DNA from: Chiloscyllium plagiosum
Taxonomy: Eukaryota
Assembly (NCBI RefSeq): GCF_004010195.1
Contig: NC_057718.1
Location: 16,072,420 to 16,136,419, forward strand
DNA: 64,000 bases
Direction of reading: 5' to 3'
Position numbers and translations under genes: made by a program. The notes under the pieces were generated by a model, which saw only the letters and a program-made list of their open reading frames with translations, searched no databases and had not been told where the DNA came from. The number at the start of each line of letters is the position of its first letter. Within the stretch, counting starts at the first letter, position 1. Positions 23,791 through 36,999 of the stretch are shown here, piece after piece.

Positions 23791-24904
23791 ACTTAGACAG
23801 GCTCATGAAACTGATTATTGTCTCCAGAGTCAACAAATCCTTCAAAGTATTTCTGAGCAAACCCAAAAACATTCCACTGACATTCTACTGGAAGAACCAA
23901 GCACATTTGAAATATTTGTAGCAGTGGCATATGCAAGCTATGGTCTACAAAAGGGCATTTGGCTAAAATGTGCAAGGAGTCTAATCGTCCAGAGAAACCC
24001 CAAGTACAGGAATAGTCTGCAGTAGCATATAATTTATAACCAACCAAGGTATAATGCCAAAAGTTCAAAGCTCTGCCAATGGCATGCAAACTTGTCAAAA
24101 AAAAATGCAGGAAGTAATTGCAACATTGCAACTTAGACCTCCATGAGACAGTCCATGTGGTGAACTTGATACATCAGATTGCCTTCAGAAAAACTAAAGC
24201 CTTTACCTCCATCCAAATGGTATATCCCAAAATGGACAACATGCGAAACGTGTGAAAATTGACACCTGTGTAGCACAAGTTATTATCCCTTTATACTATC
24301 TTTTTGAAATGGGAAACTGACATTGTGGTGCAGTCCACACAAAATACGATTACTGCTTATAATGCGTCCAGTAGCACATGCATTGACATTATTTGTCTTA
24401 AATGTCAAATGCTTCTCAGGATAGACACTTGAAACTTATACTTTTTTGAAACAGATGGGCCACCTATTATTGGTCTGCCAAAATAGATTGATTTGCATGT
24501 TCTTATGATCTTGAAGTAATAAACGCATCATTTATATTAGCAAAGATTTCAGACCACAATATAAATTTCATTCATCTTAGTCACATCCAAACAGGAGATT
24601 TAGCAGTCTACTTTTATTGATGATCAGTCAAAAAGATCATTACTGAGCGGCCTGAATGTACCAACTCAGGAACCTGTTGGATACATTGTTATTGGTCATT
24701 CAGATGAATTAGAACCCTCTAAGAATGTAACCTTCAGAGGCTGATGTGTCTGTCCATGACCAATGCACAGTGCTTTGGAAGCTTAAGTCCTGCCTTTACA
24801 TTGTGTTTCATTACTACCATGTTGAAAAGGGTAGATTTTGAACAGATTTAACAACTCTAAATTGGGAATGTAAAGTTGTGCTACACATCAGTTAGGAACA
24901 GCAA

Positions 24905-27748
24905 GGGAGCAGCCACCGCACTGGGGGTTTTCTACAGACCACCTAATACCAGTAGAAAGATTGAACTCAGGCGGGCAGATTCTGGAAAAATGCAGAAGTA
25001 TCGGATTTGTTATGGATGATTTCAACTTTTCCAATATCGACTGAAACCTCCTAAGTGCAGATGGTTTGGATGGAGCCGTTTTTAAGTGTTTAGGAGGGTT
25101 TCCTTACTCCGTATGGAGACAGACCAACTAGGGGGGAGGCCATTTTGGATTTGGTGCTTGGCAATGAGCCAGGACAGGTGTTGGATCTTGCGGTGGGAGA
25201 ACACTTTGGTGACAGTGATTACAACTGCCTCACATTTACCATAGCCTTGGAGAGGGAAAGGATCTGTTTACCGAGGGAAGATATTTAATTGGGGAAAAGG
25301 AAATTATGACGCTATCGGACAGGAGTTGGGAAGGACAGACTGGGAGCAGTTGTTCCACAAAGAGGGCACTGCAGACATGTGGAGATATTTTAAGGAGCAG
25401 TTGTTGTGAGTGATGCAAGAATTCACCTGAGACAGATAAGAAGGGGTAAGACTAAGGAATCTTGGATGACGAGAATGGAGGAGCTTCTCATCAAAAGGAA
25501 GAAGGCAGCTTACATAAAGTGGAGGAAGCAAGGATCTAGCACAGCTTTAGGTGATTACAGGCTTGCTAGAAAGGGGCTCAGAAATGGAGAGCCAGGAGGG
25601 GGCAAGAAAAAGGCTTGGCAAGAAGAATTAGGGAGAACCCAAAGGCGTTTTACTCATGCATGAGGAATAAGAGAATGATCAAGGAAAAGTAGGGTCGATC
25701 AGGGATGGTGGAGGGAACCAGTGTGTGGCATCTGAGCAGGTAGAGGAAGCCCTAAATGAGTTTTTTGCTTTGGTTTTCACCAAGGAAAGGGACCTTGTGA
25801 ATAAAATCTTTGAGGACCTGGGATACAAACTTGACCACTTGAAGATTGATGAAGTTGATGTGCTGGAAATTTGGAAAACATTAAGATAAGTCCCCAGGGC
25901 CAGACCAGATTTATCCTAGGCTGCTCTGGGAAGCGAGAAAGAAGGTTGCTAAGCTGCTGGTGAGGATATTTGCCGCCTCACTCTCCATGGGAGTCGTACT
26001 GGAGGATTGGAAGGAGGTGAATGTTTTCCTCTTTTCAAGTAGGGTAATAGGGAAATCCTTGGCAATTACAGACCTCTGTCTTATATCAGTGGTCAGCAAG
26101 GCTTTGGAAAAGAATTCTGAGGGATAGGTTTTATGACTATTTAGCAAAGCATAGTGTGATTAAAGGCAGTCAGCATAGCTTTGTGAGGGGCAGGTCATCT
26201 TCACAAATCTTACTGAGTTCTTTGAGGACGTGACAAGACAGGCTGACGAAGGTTCAGCAGTGGATGTGGTGTATATGGACTTCAGCAAGGCATTTAGTAA
26301 GGTTCCCTATGGTAGGCTTATTCATAAAGTCAGGAAGTACGGTATACAGGGAGATTTGGCTATCTGGATTCAGAATTGGCTGGCTGACTGAAGGCAGAGA
26401 GTGGTTGTAGATGGAAAGTATTCTGCCTGGAGGTCTCTGTTGAGTGGGGTCCCACAGGGCTCTGTTCTTGGGCCTCTGCTCTTCATAGTTTTTATAAATG
26501 ACTTTGATGCGGAGGTTGAGGGGTGGGTTAGTAAATTTGCAGATGACAAAGGTTGGAGGTGTCGTTGATAGTATCGAGGCCTACTGCAGACTGCAGCGTG
26601 ACATAGACAGGATGCAGAGCTGGGCTGAGAAATGGCAGATGGAGTTCAACCTGGATAAATGCAAAGTGATGCATTTTGGAAGGTTGCACTCAAATGCTGA
26701 AAGTAGGATTAAAGACAGGATTCTTGACAATGTGGAGGAACAGAGGGATCTGGGTGTTCAAGTATATAGTTGTCTTAACGTTGCCACCCAAATGGATAGG
26801 GTTGTTAAGAAAGCATATGGTGTTTTGGCTTTCATTAACAGGGGCATTGAGTTTAAGAGCTGCGAGGTTTTGCTACAGCTCTACAAGTCCCTGGTGAGAC
26901 CACACTTGGAATATTGTGTCCAGTTCTGGTCACCCTACTATAGGAAAGATACAGAGGCTTTGGAGAGGGTGCAAAGAAGGTTTACCAGGATGCTGCCTGG
27001 ACTGGAGGGCTTGCCTTATGAAGAAAGGTTGAATAAGCTCAGACTTTTCTCTCTGGAGAGGAGGAGGGAGAGAGAAGACCTGATTGAGGTATATAAGATA
27101 ATGAATGGAATAGATAGAGTCAATAGCCAGAGACTTTTCCCCAGGGCAGGTTTGACTGGTATGAGGAGTCATAGTTTTAAGATATTAGAAGGAAGGTATA
27201 GAGGAGACGTCAGAAGTAAGTTCTTTATGCAGAGAGTTGTGAATACGTGGAATGGTGGTAGCGGAAGCAGAGTCATTTGTGGGCGGCACGGTGGCACAGT
27301 GGTTAGCACTGCTGCCTCACAGCACCTGAGACCCGGGTTCAATTCCCGCCTCAGGCGACTGACTGTGTGGAGTTTGCACGTTCTCCCCGTGTCTGCGTGG
27401 GTTTCCTCCGGGTGCTCCGGTTTCCTCCCACAGTCCAAAAGATGTGCAGGGTCAGATGAATTGGCCATGCTAAATTGCCCGTAGTGTTAGGTAAGGGGTA
27501 AATATAGGGGTATGGGTGGATTTCGCTTCGGCGGGTCGGTGTGGACTTGTTGGGCCGAAGGGCCTGTTTCCACACTGTAATGTAATCTAATCATTAGGGA
27601 CATTTAAGTGACTGCTGGACATGCACCTGGATAGCAGTGAGTTGAGGGGTGCGTGGGTTAAATTATTATATTTTACATTATGATTAAACTTTGGCACAAC
27701 ATCGTGGGTCAGAGAGCCTGTTCTATGCTGTACTTTTCTATGTTCCAG
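24905..27748 (+). mobile_element. Long CR1 ORF2 relic (APE endonuclease to 3' tail)
   Basis: GVFYRPP, DFNFSNID, EHFGDSDY, VYMDFSKAF, VPQGSVLGPLLF, KFADD; frameshifted. Confidence 0.92.
27281..27590 (+). mobile_element. Full-length HE1-type V-SINE
   Basis: A box TGGCACAGTGG, B box GGTTCAATTCC, V core GTGGAGTTTGCACGTTCTCCCCGTGTCTGCGTGGGTTTCCTCCGGGTGCTCCGG, CR1-like tail; TCATT at both flanks. Confidence 0.92.
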
Positions 27749-27859
27749 CATCAGGACCAGAACTGTATGTAGCCACAATCTTTAAATCATAGCCTGGCAT
27801 ATCTCCTACTCCACTTTCATCACGCCAGGGGATCAACTCTGGTTTAGCAAAGGGTGCTG

Positions 27860-28180
27860 GAGGATGTGCCAGTAGGAGCACCAGATATACTTAAAAATGT
27901 GATATCAAACTGATGAAACCAAGGATGACCACCATAACAAAGTATATTTATGTGATATCCATACATGGCTGAAGGTATTGGATATTCCCAAGGCTGTGGG
28001 CTCTGATAACATTCTGAAGATTTATGCTTCAAAACTAAATGCCTTTAGCCAAGCTGTTCCATTGTAGCTATAATGCTAGCATCAACTCTGCAATGTGGAA
28101 TATTATTCAGGTATGTCCTGTCCACAAAAATGCAGGAAAGTCCCACCTGACTAATTTCCACATGACTCAGTCATCAGTAG
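27860..28180 (+). mobile_element. Ancient CR1-group LINE fragment (second lineage)
   Basis: KAVGSDNI..PLAKLF..WNIIQVCPVHK; homologous to 50700-51890. Confidence 0.65.
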
Positions 28181-29179
28181 TGTGTTGGTTGGTCAGTTTG
28201 ATTTCTGGCAGGCCCATTTGGTCCTTGACCTTGTTGGAACTTTTAGTTAAATGTGGGCATAATTTGAACTTGGTCATTAAAGATACACAGTATGGAAACA
28301 AACACTTCAGTCCAAGTTGTCTGTGCCGACCAGATATCCTAAATTAATCTAGTCCCGTTTCCCAGCATTTGTCCCCAATCCTCCTCAAACTCTTCCTCTT
28401 CATGTACCTATTCAAATGCCTTTTAAATATAGTAATTGTACCAGCTTCCTCTCCCATCTTTTGGCTGTGCGGTTCATGTACACACACCCTCCACGTGAAA
28501 AGGTTGCCTCTTAAGTTCATTTAAGTCTTCCCCTCTCACCTTAAACCTATGCCCTCTGGTTTTGGACTTACCTACCCCAGGGAAAAGACCTTGGTCCTCG
28601 TGACCTTATAAACCTCTATATGGTCAATCTTTGCCTCTGCTCTAAGGAAAATAGTTCCAGTCTATTCAACCTCTCCCTTTATTTCATATCCTTCAACTCT
28701 TGACTGAGGCAATATCCTTGTAAATCTTTTCTGAACCATTTGAAGTTTCACAGCATCCTTCCTATAGCGAGGGTATGAGAATTGTACACCGTATTCCAAT
28801 ATCCTGTACAGCCACAACATGACCTCACAGCTCCTATACTCGGTGCACTGACCAATAAAGGCAAGCATGGAGAAAGTGAGGACTGCAGATGCTGGAGATC
28901 AGAATTGAGATGTTGTGCTGGAAAAGCACAGCAGGTCAGTCAGCGTCCAAGGAACAGGAGAATTGATGTTTCAGGCATAAGCCCTTCTTCAGGAACGAGA
29001 CTTGAGCCAAGGGGTGAGAGAGAAATGAGAGGGGGAAGATAGCGGAGAGGGTTATAGGTAGATGAAGGTACGGGTAATGGTGATAGCTCAGGGAGGAGGT
29101 TGTATTGGATAGGTGGGAAGGAAGATGGACAAGTCATGAGGGCGATGCTGAGTTGAAGGGTTAGATCTGGGATGTGGGG

Positions 29180-29349
29180 AGAAAGTGAGGTCTGTAGATG
29201 CTGGAGATCAGAGCTGAAAATGTGTTGCTGGAAAAGCGCAGCAGGTCAGGCAGCATCCAGGGAACAGGAGAATTGACGTTTCGGGCATAAGCCCTTCCTG
29301 AAGAAGGGCTTATGCCTGACCTGCGCTTTTCCAGCAACACATTTTCAAC
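29180..29349. mobile_element. Fold-back mini-PLE inserted in PLE
   Basis: Inverted arms TGAAAATGTGTTGCTGGAAAAGCGCAG / CTGCGCTTTTCCAGCAACACATTTTCA; TCTGGGATGT at 29166-29175 and 29350-29359. Confidence 0.8.
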
Positions 29350-29854
29350 TCTGGGATGTTGGGGGCAGGGGAAATGAGGAAACTGGTGAAATCCACATTG
29401 GTCCCAAGGCAGAAGATGAGGCGTTCTTCCTCAAGGTATTGGGTGTTAATGTTTGACAATGGAGGAGGCCCAGCACCTGCATGTCCTTGGTGGAGTGGGA
29501 GGGGGATTGAAAGTGTTTGACCAAGGGACATTGGGATTACTTCGTGCCGGTGTCCCGTAGATGTTCTCTGAAGCGTTCTGCAGGTAGACATCCCCTCTCT
29601 CCCATGTTGAGGAGACCGCATTGGGAGCAATGGATACAGTAAATGATGTGTGGAAGTGCAGGTAAATCTCTGGATGTGGAAGGCTCCTTTGGGACCTTGG
29701 ACGGAGGTGAGGGGGGAGGTGTGGACGCAGGTGTTGCAGTTCTTGCAGTTGTGGGGGAAGGTGCTGGTAGGGAGGGTGGGATTCGAGGCTGGAGGTGCAA
29801 GAAGAGGATGAGATGCACTGGAGGGCATCATCAACCACGTGGAAGTTGTGGTTA

Positions 29855-32800
29855 TAGAGTCATAGAGAAGTACAGCATGGAAACAGACCCTTCAGTCCAA
29901 CTTGTCCATGCTGACCAGATATCCCAACACAATTTAGTCCCACCTGCCAGCACTCAGCCCTTATCCCTCCAAACCCTTCCTATTCATATATCTATCCAGA
30001 TGTCTTTTTAAATGTTGCAATTGCACTAGCTTCCACCACTTCCTCTGGCAGCTCATTCCATATAAGTACCATCCTCTGTGTGAAAAAGTTGCTCCTTAAG
30101 TCTCTTCTTATCTTGCCCCCCCTTCACGATAAATTTATGCCCTTTAGTTCTTGACTCCTCCACCCCAAGGAAAAGACTTTGTCTAGTTATCCTATTCATG
30201 CCCCTCATAATTTTGTAAACCTCTTAAAGGTGACCCCTCAGCCTCAAGCTTCAGGGAAAACTGCCCCAGTCTATTCAACCTCTCCCTTTAGCTTTAATCC
30301 TCCAACCCTGGCAACACCCTTGTAAATCTTTTCTGAACCCTTTCAAGGTTCATATTATCTTTCCGATAGACCAGAATTGCACACAATATTCCAGTAGTGG
30401 CCTAACCAATGTCCTGTACAGCCGCAACATGACCTCCCAACTCCTGTTCTCCATAATCTGACCAATAAAAGAACGCATACCAAACGCTGCCTTCACTATC
30501 CTATATACCTACGACTCCACTTTCAAGGAGCTATGAACCTGCATTCCAAGGTCTCTTTGTTCAGCAGAACTCCCTCGGACCTTTAAGTGTTTAAGCCCTG
30601 CTAAGATCTGCTTTCCCAAAATGCAGTACCTTGCACTTATCTGAATTAAACTCCATCTGCCACTTCTCAGCTCATTGGCCCAAATGATCAAGATCCTGTT
30701 GTAATCTGAGGTAACATTCTTCGCTGTCCACTACACCTCCACTTTTTGGTGTCGTCTGCAAACCTACGATACCTCATACTCCCATCTAAATCATTTGTAT
30801 AAATGAAGAATCATGGACCCAGCACCGATTCTTGTGGCACTCTACTGGTCACAGCAGTCTGAAAAACAACCCTCCACCACCACCACCCTCTGTCTTCTAC
30901 ATTTGAGCTGTTCTGCATCCAAATGGCTAGTTCTCCCTGTATTTTGAGAGATCTAATCTTGCTAACCAGTCTCCCATGGGGAACCTTGTCGAACACCTTA
31001 CTGAAGTCCATATGGATCATGACTACCTCAACAATCCTCTTTGAGACTTTTGAAGGAGTAACAATCAAGTTTGTGAGACATGATTTCCCATGCACAAAGC
31101 CATGTTGACTATCCCTCATCAGTCCTTGCCTTTTCAAATGCACGTACATCCTGTCCCTTAGGATTCCCTCCAACAACTTGCCCACAACTGACGTCAGGCT
31201 CACTTGTCTATAGTTTCCTAGCTTGTCCTTACCACCTTTCTTAAATAGTGGCACCATGTTAGCCAACCTCCAGTCTTCCAGCACCTCACCTGTGACTATC
31301 GATGATACAAATACCTCAGCAAGAGGCCCAGCAATCACTTCCCTAGCTTCCCAATGAGTTCGAGGGTACACCTGATCAGATCCTGAGGATTTATCCACTT
31401 TTGTGCATTTCGAGGCATCCAGCACTTCCTCCTCTGTAATCTGGACATTTTCAAGATGTCACCATCTATTTCCCTACATTCTATATCTTCCATGTCTTTT
31501 TCCACAGTAAACATTGATGCAAAATACTCATTTAGTATCTCCCCCATCTCCTGTAGCTCCACACAAAGTCTGCTTTGCTGATCTTTGAGGGGCCCTGTTC
31601 TCTCCTTAGTTATTCTTTAGTCCTTAATGTATTTGTAAATATCCTTTGGATTCTCCTTAACACTATTTGCCGAAGCTATTTCATGTCCCCTTTTTGCCCT
31701 TCTGATTTCGGTCTTAAGTATACTCCTACTGCCTTTATACTCTTCTAAGGATTTACTCGAACTATCCTGTCTGTACCTGACATATGCTTCCTTTTTTTAA
31801 ACCAAACCCTCAATTTCTCTAGTCATCACACCTACCAGCCTTTCCTTTCATCCTAACAGGAATATACTCTCTCTGGATTCCCAATATCTCATTTATGAAG
31901 GCTTCCTATTTTGTCTCTTTACCTGTGAACGTCTGCCCCCAATCAGCTTTTGAAAGTTCTTGCCTCATACTGTCAAAATTAGCCTTTCTCCAATTTAGAA
32001 CTTCAACTTTTAGATCTGGCCCCTCGTTTTCCATCGTTATTTTAAAACGAATATAATTATGGTTGCTGGCCCCAAAGTTCTCCCCCACTGACACCTCAGT
32101 CACCTGCCCTGCCTTATTTCCTAAGAGTAGGTCAAGTTTTGCACTTTCTCTCATAGGTAAATCCACATATTGAATCAGAAAATTTTCTTGTACACACTTA
32201 ACAAATTCTTCTCCATCTAAACCCTTGAAACTATGGCAATCCCTGTCTATGTTTGGAAAGTTAAAATACCCTACCATAACCACCCTATTATTCTTACAGA
32301 TAACTGAGATGTCCTTACAAATTTGTATCTCAATTTCCCTCTAACTATTAGGGGGTCTATAATGCAATCCCAATAAGGTGATCATCCTTTTATTTCTCAG
32401 TTCCACTTAAGTTCCAAATAACTTCCCTGGATGTATTTCCAGGAATATCCTCCCTCAGTGCATCTGTAATGTCTTCCCTTATCAAAAACGCCACTCCCCC
32501 TCCTCTCTGGCCTCCCTTTTCTAATCTTCCTGTAACATTTGTATCCTGGAACATTCAGCTGCCAGTCCTGCCCATCCCTGAGCCATGTTTCCGTAATTCC
32601 TATGATATCCCAGTCCCATGTTCCTAACCATGCCCTGGTTCATCTGCCTTCCCTGTTAGGCCTCTTGCATTGAAATAAATGCAGTTTAATATGAGTCTTA
32701 CCTTATTCTCTGCTTTGACCCTGCCTGCCCTGACTGTTTGACTTGCTTCTTTTCTCAACTGTACCAGTCTCCGATTGATCTTTCCTCACTATCTCCCTGG

Positions 32801-32855
32801 GTCCCATCCCCCCCACCGTACTAGTTTAAATCCTCCCGAACAGCTGTAGCAAATA
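29855..32855 (-). mobile_element. Long CR1 ORF2 relic (APE + RT)
   Basis: VGYFNFPNID, LDLLLGN, NYRQVSLTSVVGKLLE, SQHGFVHGKSCLTNL, VPQESVLGP. Confidence 0.92.
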
Positions 32856-33639
32856 TCTTTGAAGAAGGGGGCCATCTGGTAGGTTCTGTGATGGAACTGG
32901 TCCTCCTGGGAGCAGATGTATTAGAACAAGCATTACTGCCTACCTCGGATTCTTCTTTCAAGGGCACTGTGAATCTGCACGCCAAGGTGTCTTTGTTCGG
33001 GAACACTCCTTAGGACTTTACCACTTTGTGTATAAGTCTTGCCCTGACTGGCCTTTTCAAAATGCAGAACCTCACGTTTATCTAAATTAAGTTGCATCTG
33101 CCACTCCTTGGCACATTTGCATATCTGATCAAGATCCTGTTATACTGAGGTAACCTTCAACAACTTACCCACTACTGATGTCAGGCTCATTGGTCTATAG
33201 CTTCCTGGCTTTTCCTTATCACCTCTCAAATAACAGTACCACGTTATCAACCTCCAGTCTTCTGTTACTTCACCTGTGGCTATTGATGAAACAAATAGGT
33301 CAGCAAGGGGTCCAGCAATCACTTCCCTAGCTTCCCACAAAGTTCTGGGGTACACCTGATCAGATCCTGGGGATTTGTCTGCCTTTGGTGGTGCTCAGTC
33401 TTAAAACACAATGTAATATGAATAGTTTTCAATGTATCACTATTTATTTCCCAAGTTGTCTAGCTTCGATATCCTTCTCCCCAGTAAATACTAATGTGAA
33501 ATACTGGGAACTGAGACTAATTGCCCTTTACATTGAAGCAATCTTTGATTGTGAAATTGAGGAACCCTTGCAAAACTTGAGACTGGAGTCAGTGACTGTA
33601 TGAGCAGCTCCAACAATAACCACCTCATCATTTTAAAGT

Positions 33640-34760
33640 AAGAGATGGGAATTTTTGCTGATTATTGCACAATGTTCATCCATACTGCTTTAGTAAGATT
33701 GGATAATTTCAGACTTGGGCTCTTAAGAGTCAAGTAACATTCACACCATAGTGTCACTCAATGCATGTTTTCTCCCCAGTGGGAATCCAGTCATTACCAC
33801 TTGGCATTCAAAGGCATTGCTGTCATTGAATCTACTACTGTCGGCATCCTAGATGTTATCTTATCCAGAAATGGAACTAGACCAGCTATATAAATAGTGT
33901 AACTATGGCAGAGCAGAGGGTGAGAATTTTGTGACAAATAATCCACCTGGCTCCTTCAATTTATCTAAGTGCAGGTCAGGAATGTGATGGGATCCTCTTC
34001 ATTTGCCTGGATGAGTGCAGCTTCATATGATCCAGAAAAAAGCTGTCCGCTTGATTGACATCCCACGTGATAATAGCTTTAACATTTACTCTTTTCATTG
34101 CTGTCATACAGATGCTATGAATCATGGTACCACACTGCACCAACTCACCAAGGCTTCTTAGACAGCAACTTCCAAACCCATGACCTCTGCTGCCCAGAAG
34201 GACAAGATCGGATGCAGGTGGTGTTCCTATGAAGTTTCCATCCAAGCCCCAGACCATTCTGACTTCGTATTAGAGATGAACAGCACAGAAACAGACTCTT
34301 CAGTCCAACTCGTCTATGTAGATCAGATATCCTAAATGAATCTGGTCCCATATCCATCAATTAGCCCATATCCCTTTGATCCATACCAATTCATGGATCC
34401 ATCCAGATGCTTTTTAAATGTAATTATACCAGCTGCCGCCTCCATTTCTGACAACTCATTGCATATACATATCACCCTTTGAATGTAAAAGTTACCCCCC
34501 TGGTCCCTTTTAAATCTTTTCTCTCACCTTAACTCTCTGCTCTCTAGATTTGGACTCCCCTACTCTGGCCTAGAACTATATCATCTGTTCCATCACTGTG
34601 ACTGAGTCAAGGTGCAAAAGCACTGTCCCTAACAGCACTCTGTGTAAGTCTACCTCCCATGGATTGCTGCAATTCAGATTGCAGCTCGCCATCGCTCTCT
34701 AAAGGGTGGTTATGGATGGCTAGCCAGCTATACCCACCTCCTGTGATTGAATGAAGAAAA
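33640..34760 (+). mobile_element. Ancient CR1-group 3' part, interrupted by a minus-strand CR1 tail (~34270-34568)
   Basis: FADYCT (FADD relic), QVRNVM, 3' tail; inner tail matches other CR1 copies. Confidence 0.6.
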
Positions 34761-34959
34761 TTCTTAAATAACACCGCAGTTTGGTGTAGGATGACTTTTT
34801 TATGACCTTTGGAGTTTTCTGTCTACCACATGAATTAATTTACTTTCCATGATTCATATGAACCAGTTGTGGTTCATAGAATTGTATGCATTTTTAAACT
34901 AAATTTTATAGCTTTGGCTTGCCAATTATTTTAAAGAAATGCAAGGGTTTATGCAAGGG

Positions 34960-36990
34960 TTAAAAGCATGGTGAGTGAGACAAAGCCAGAATGACTCTAA
35001 CTTGCTGTTCCAAATTTTGGTTCAAGGTGGAAATTTGGTACAAAGGGAGGCAGAGATGCTTTAAGGATTCACTGCATAAGGTAAGCTCCAGATCGAAGAA
35101 GATAAAAGGTGTGAATTGAGAGGCCTTTCAACTATGACTATGTGATGTCATAGTGTGACTTGAGTGCAGAGAAAGAAGCTGGTGAATATATCCAGTGTTT
35201 ACAAGTAAGGTCTTCAGTTTGTCAGATCTCCAGTGTTTTTCCTCTTAAAAATAACTGCTAGAGTGTTAGATTGGTAGTGGTGATTTTTTTTTCCCCCCTT
35301 GATTTTATATAAATTATAGTAAAGTGTAAAGGGAATCTTGAATAATTAAGTTAGAAGTTACTACAAATGTAGTAATAATACCAGGGCAAGTGATGTATTG
35401 GTGCTACAACATTTGGAAGATGCTGGACTCCAATGTGACCCAGAATGAATAAATTTGATCCAAGTGTTTGCAGTTTGAGGAACTTCAGATCTATCTTGAG
35501 GAGCTGGAGTCTGAGCTGCATTCATTGTGCCTCATCAGGGAAGAGGAAAGTAATTTGGGCGCTTTCATTCTTTAGACTCAGTAATTCAAAATTTGTGATC
35601 AGGAACCGGAGGGAAGGCAGTTGCAGCAGGTGAGGCAAGTTGAGGTCCAAGAGGTTAAAATTGAGGAGTGTTGGCCCCTGCAAGTGTCCAACCATTGAGG
35701 TTCTTGGAAGCTGTGCAGGCAAGTGTATGGACTGTAGGGAGGTTGGGTAAACTAGCAATGGCACCTTGGTACAGGGAGTAATTCTCATTTGGGGAGAAGG
35801 AATGTAGCTGTTCCTGGAAGGTTTGTGTGGGAGTCCGGAAGGTGATGTTCCCTGCCCCACTATCAGGATTAAGGTAATTTCGCTGGGAGAAGAACTTGAG
35901 TGGGAGTGTTAGGATCCAGTAGTTGTCCATGTTGGCACCAATGACATTGGTAAGAATAATAGGGAGGTTTTGTTGAAATATTTTGATCAGTTAGGAGCTA
36001 AATTAAAAATTGGACCTCCAAGGTGGTAATCAATGGAATGCTACCTGAGCCAGGGCTAACTGGCAAAGGGTAAAGTAAGTCAAGGAAATAAATGTGTGAC
36101 TTCAAGTTTTTTGTTGGTAAAATAGCTTTGATTCATGGGCAGTGTCATTTACTGGGGCAGAAAGGAACTGTTCTAGTGAATTAAAACAAAAACAAACGAC
36201 CCGTGGATGCTGAAAATCAGAAACGAAAACAGAAATTGTTGGAAAATTTCAGCCAGTCTGGCAGCATCTGGAGAGAAATCAGTTAAGATTTCAGGTCTTG
36301 TGACCCTCCTTCAGAACTGATGGTAGCGAGGTAAAAGTTTCTTTTCGTGCAGTAGATAGGATGAGGGGAAGGGGATAAACAGTAAATGATAGAACCCAAG
36401 GAGAGTGAACAGTTGGATAGACAAAGGAGTGGATAATGGTCAGCTTAGGAGAATGGATGGCTGCTAGTGGGGACTATTAGTAGCTAAAACAATGAGTGGC
36501 TAACAGTACCTGTTCTGGTGAACCATACTGGGGCAAGTACCCTAGGCTGTAGAAAGAACTTTAATACTGATGGGACCAGTGGCGAGAGGAGAAGTCTATT
36601 CTGGGAGAGGGGAAGTGTCTTAGAAAACAAGACAAAAGGCAGCATTACAGGGCAGCTATTTAGATACCGATACTCAGTGTAGAACAGGAAGGGATAGAGT
36701 ACAAACATAGATAAATAAATAAAAAGGTATAAGTATGGTTAAAAGGCAAAATGTAATTCAAATTATGGAAACTTGATTGCAAGAAGATAAAAGCTGGAAA
36801 TGAAATACTTGTGTGACCTTTAGAAAGGACAAACAGGAAGGGTGGTGTGGTGGCTGTATTAATATGAGATAGAATAAAGAAGATAGCATGAAATGAACTT
36901 GGCTCGGAAGACTTGGAATTATTTGGTGGAGGTAAGATTTAAAAACCGAAAAAAGTCACAGATGAGAGTACTCTAAGGTTTTTGCGAATA
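34960..36990 (+). mobile_element. Old CR1 5' half: 5'UTR, ORF1 (zinc finger/coiled coil + SGNH esterase), start of ORF2
   Basis: KCLQFEEL..LEELESEL; VVVHVGTNDIGK at ~35920-35955; GGVVAVLI APE relic. Confidence 0.65.
36183..36520 (-). mobile_element. Penelope-like family 4 terminus
   Basis: GGATGCTG..CAGCATCTG terminus; hammerhead-like CTGAAGG-A-GGGTC-ACAA-GACCT-GAAA (36289-36314). Confidence 0.65.
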
Positions 36991-36999
36991 TTAGTAGCT

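Larger units (their letters stand above)
21090..24500 (+). mobile_element. Degraded Gypsy-like gag/protease relic interrupted by CR1 and Tx1
   Basis: CDF..LADRLMKLII across the Tx1 site; protease-like VKIDTCVAQVIIP and ITAYNAS near 24250-24370. Confidence 0.5.
28869..32926 (-). mobile_element. Penelope-like family 1 (28869-29850 and ~32856-32920), split by CR1
   Basis: GIY-YIG relic CKNCNTC..RFTCTSTH, IIYCIHCSQCGLL; sequence resumes at 32856 collinear with 7570-7622; hammerhead core 28969-28992. Confidence 0.85.
28280..33505 (-). mobile_element. Outer CR1 (28280-28868 and 32927-33505) hosting nested inserts
   Basis: RT C-terminal motifs on both sides; CAAGCAT at 28862-28868 and 32927-32933. 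Confidence 0.7.

Noticed and set aside
27281..27355. tRNA genes at SINE heads (also 8751, 40851, 52594-53228, 62890-62963)
   Set aside because: A/B boxes continue into SINE bodies; no proper acceptor stem or terminator seen
26498..27484. Longest ORF (328 aa) as a novel gene
   Set aside because: CR1 RT C-terminus reading by chance into the inserted HE1 SINE; upstream ORF2 is frameshifted
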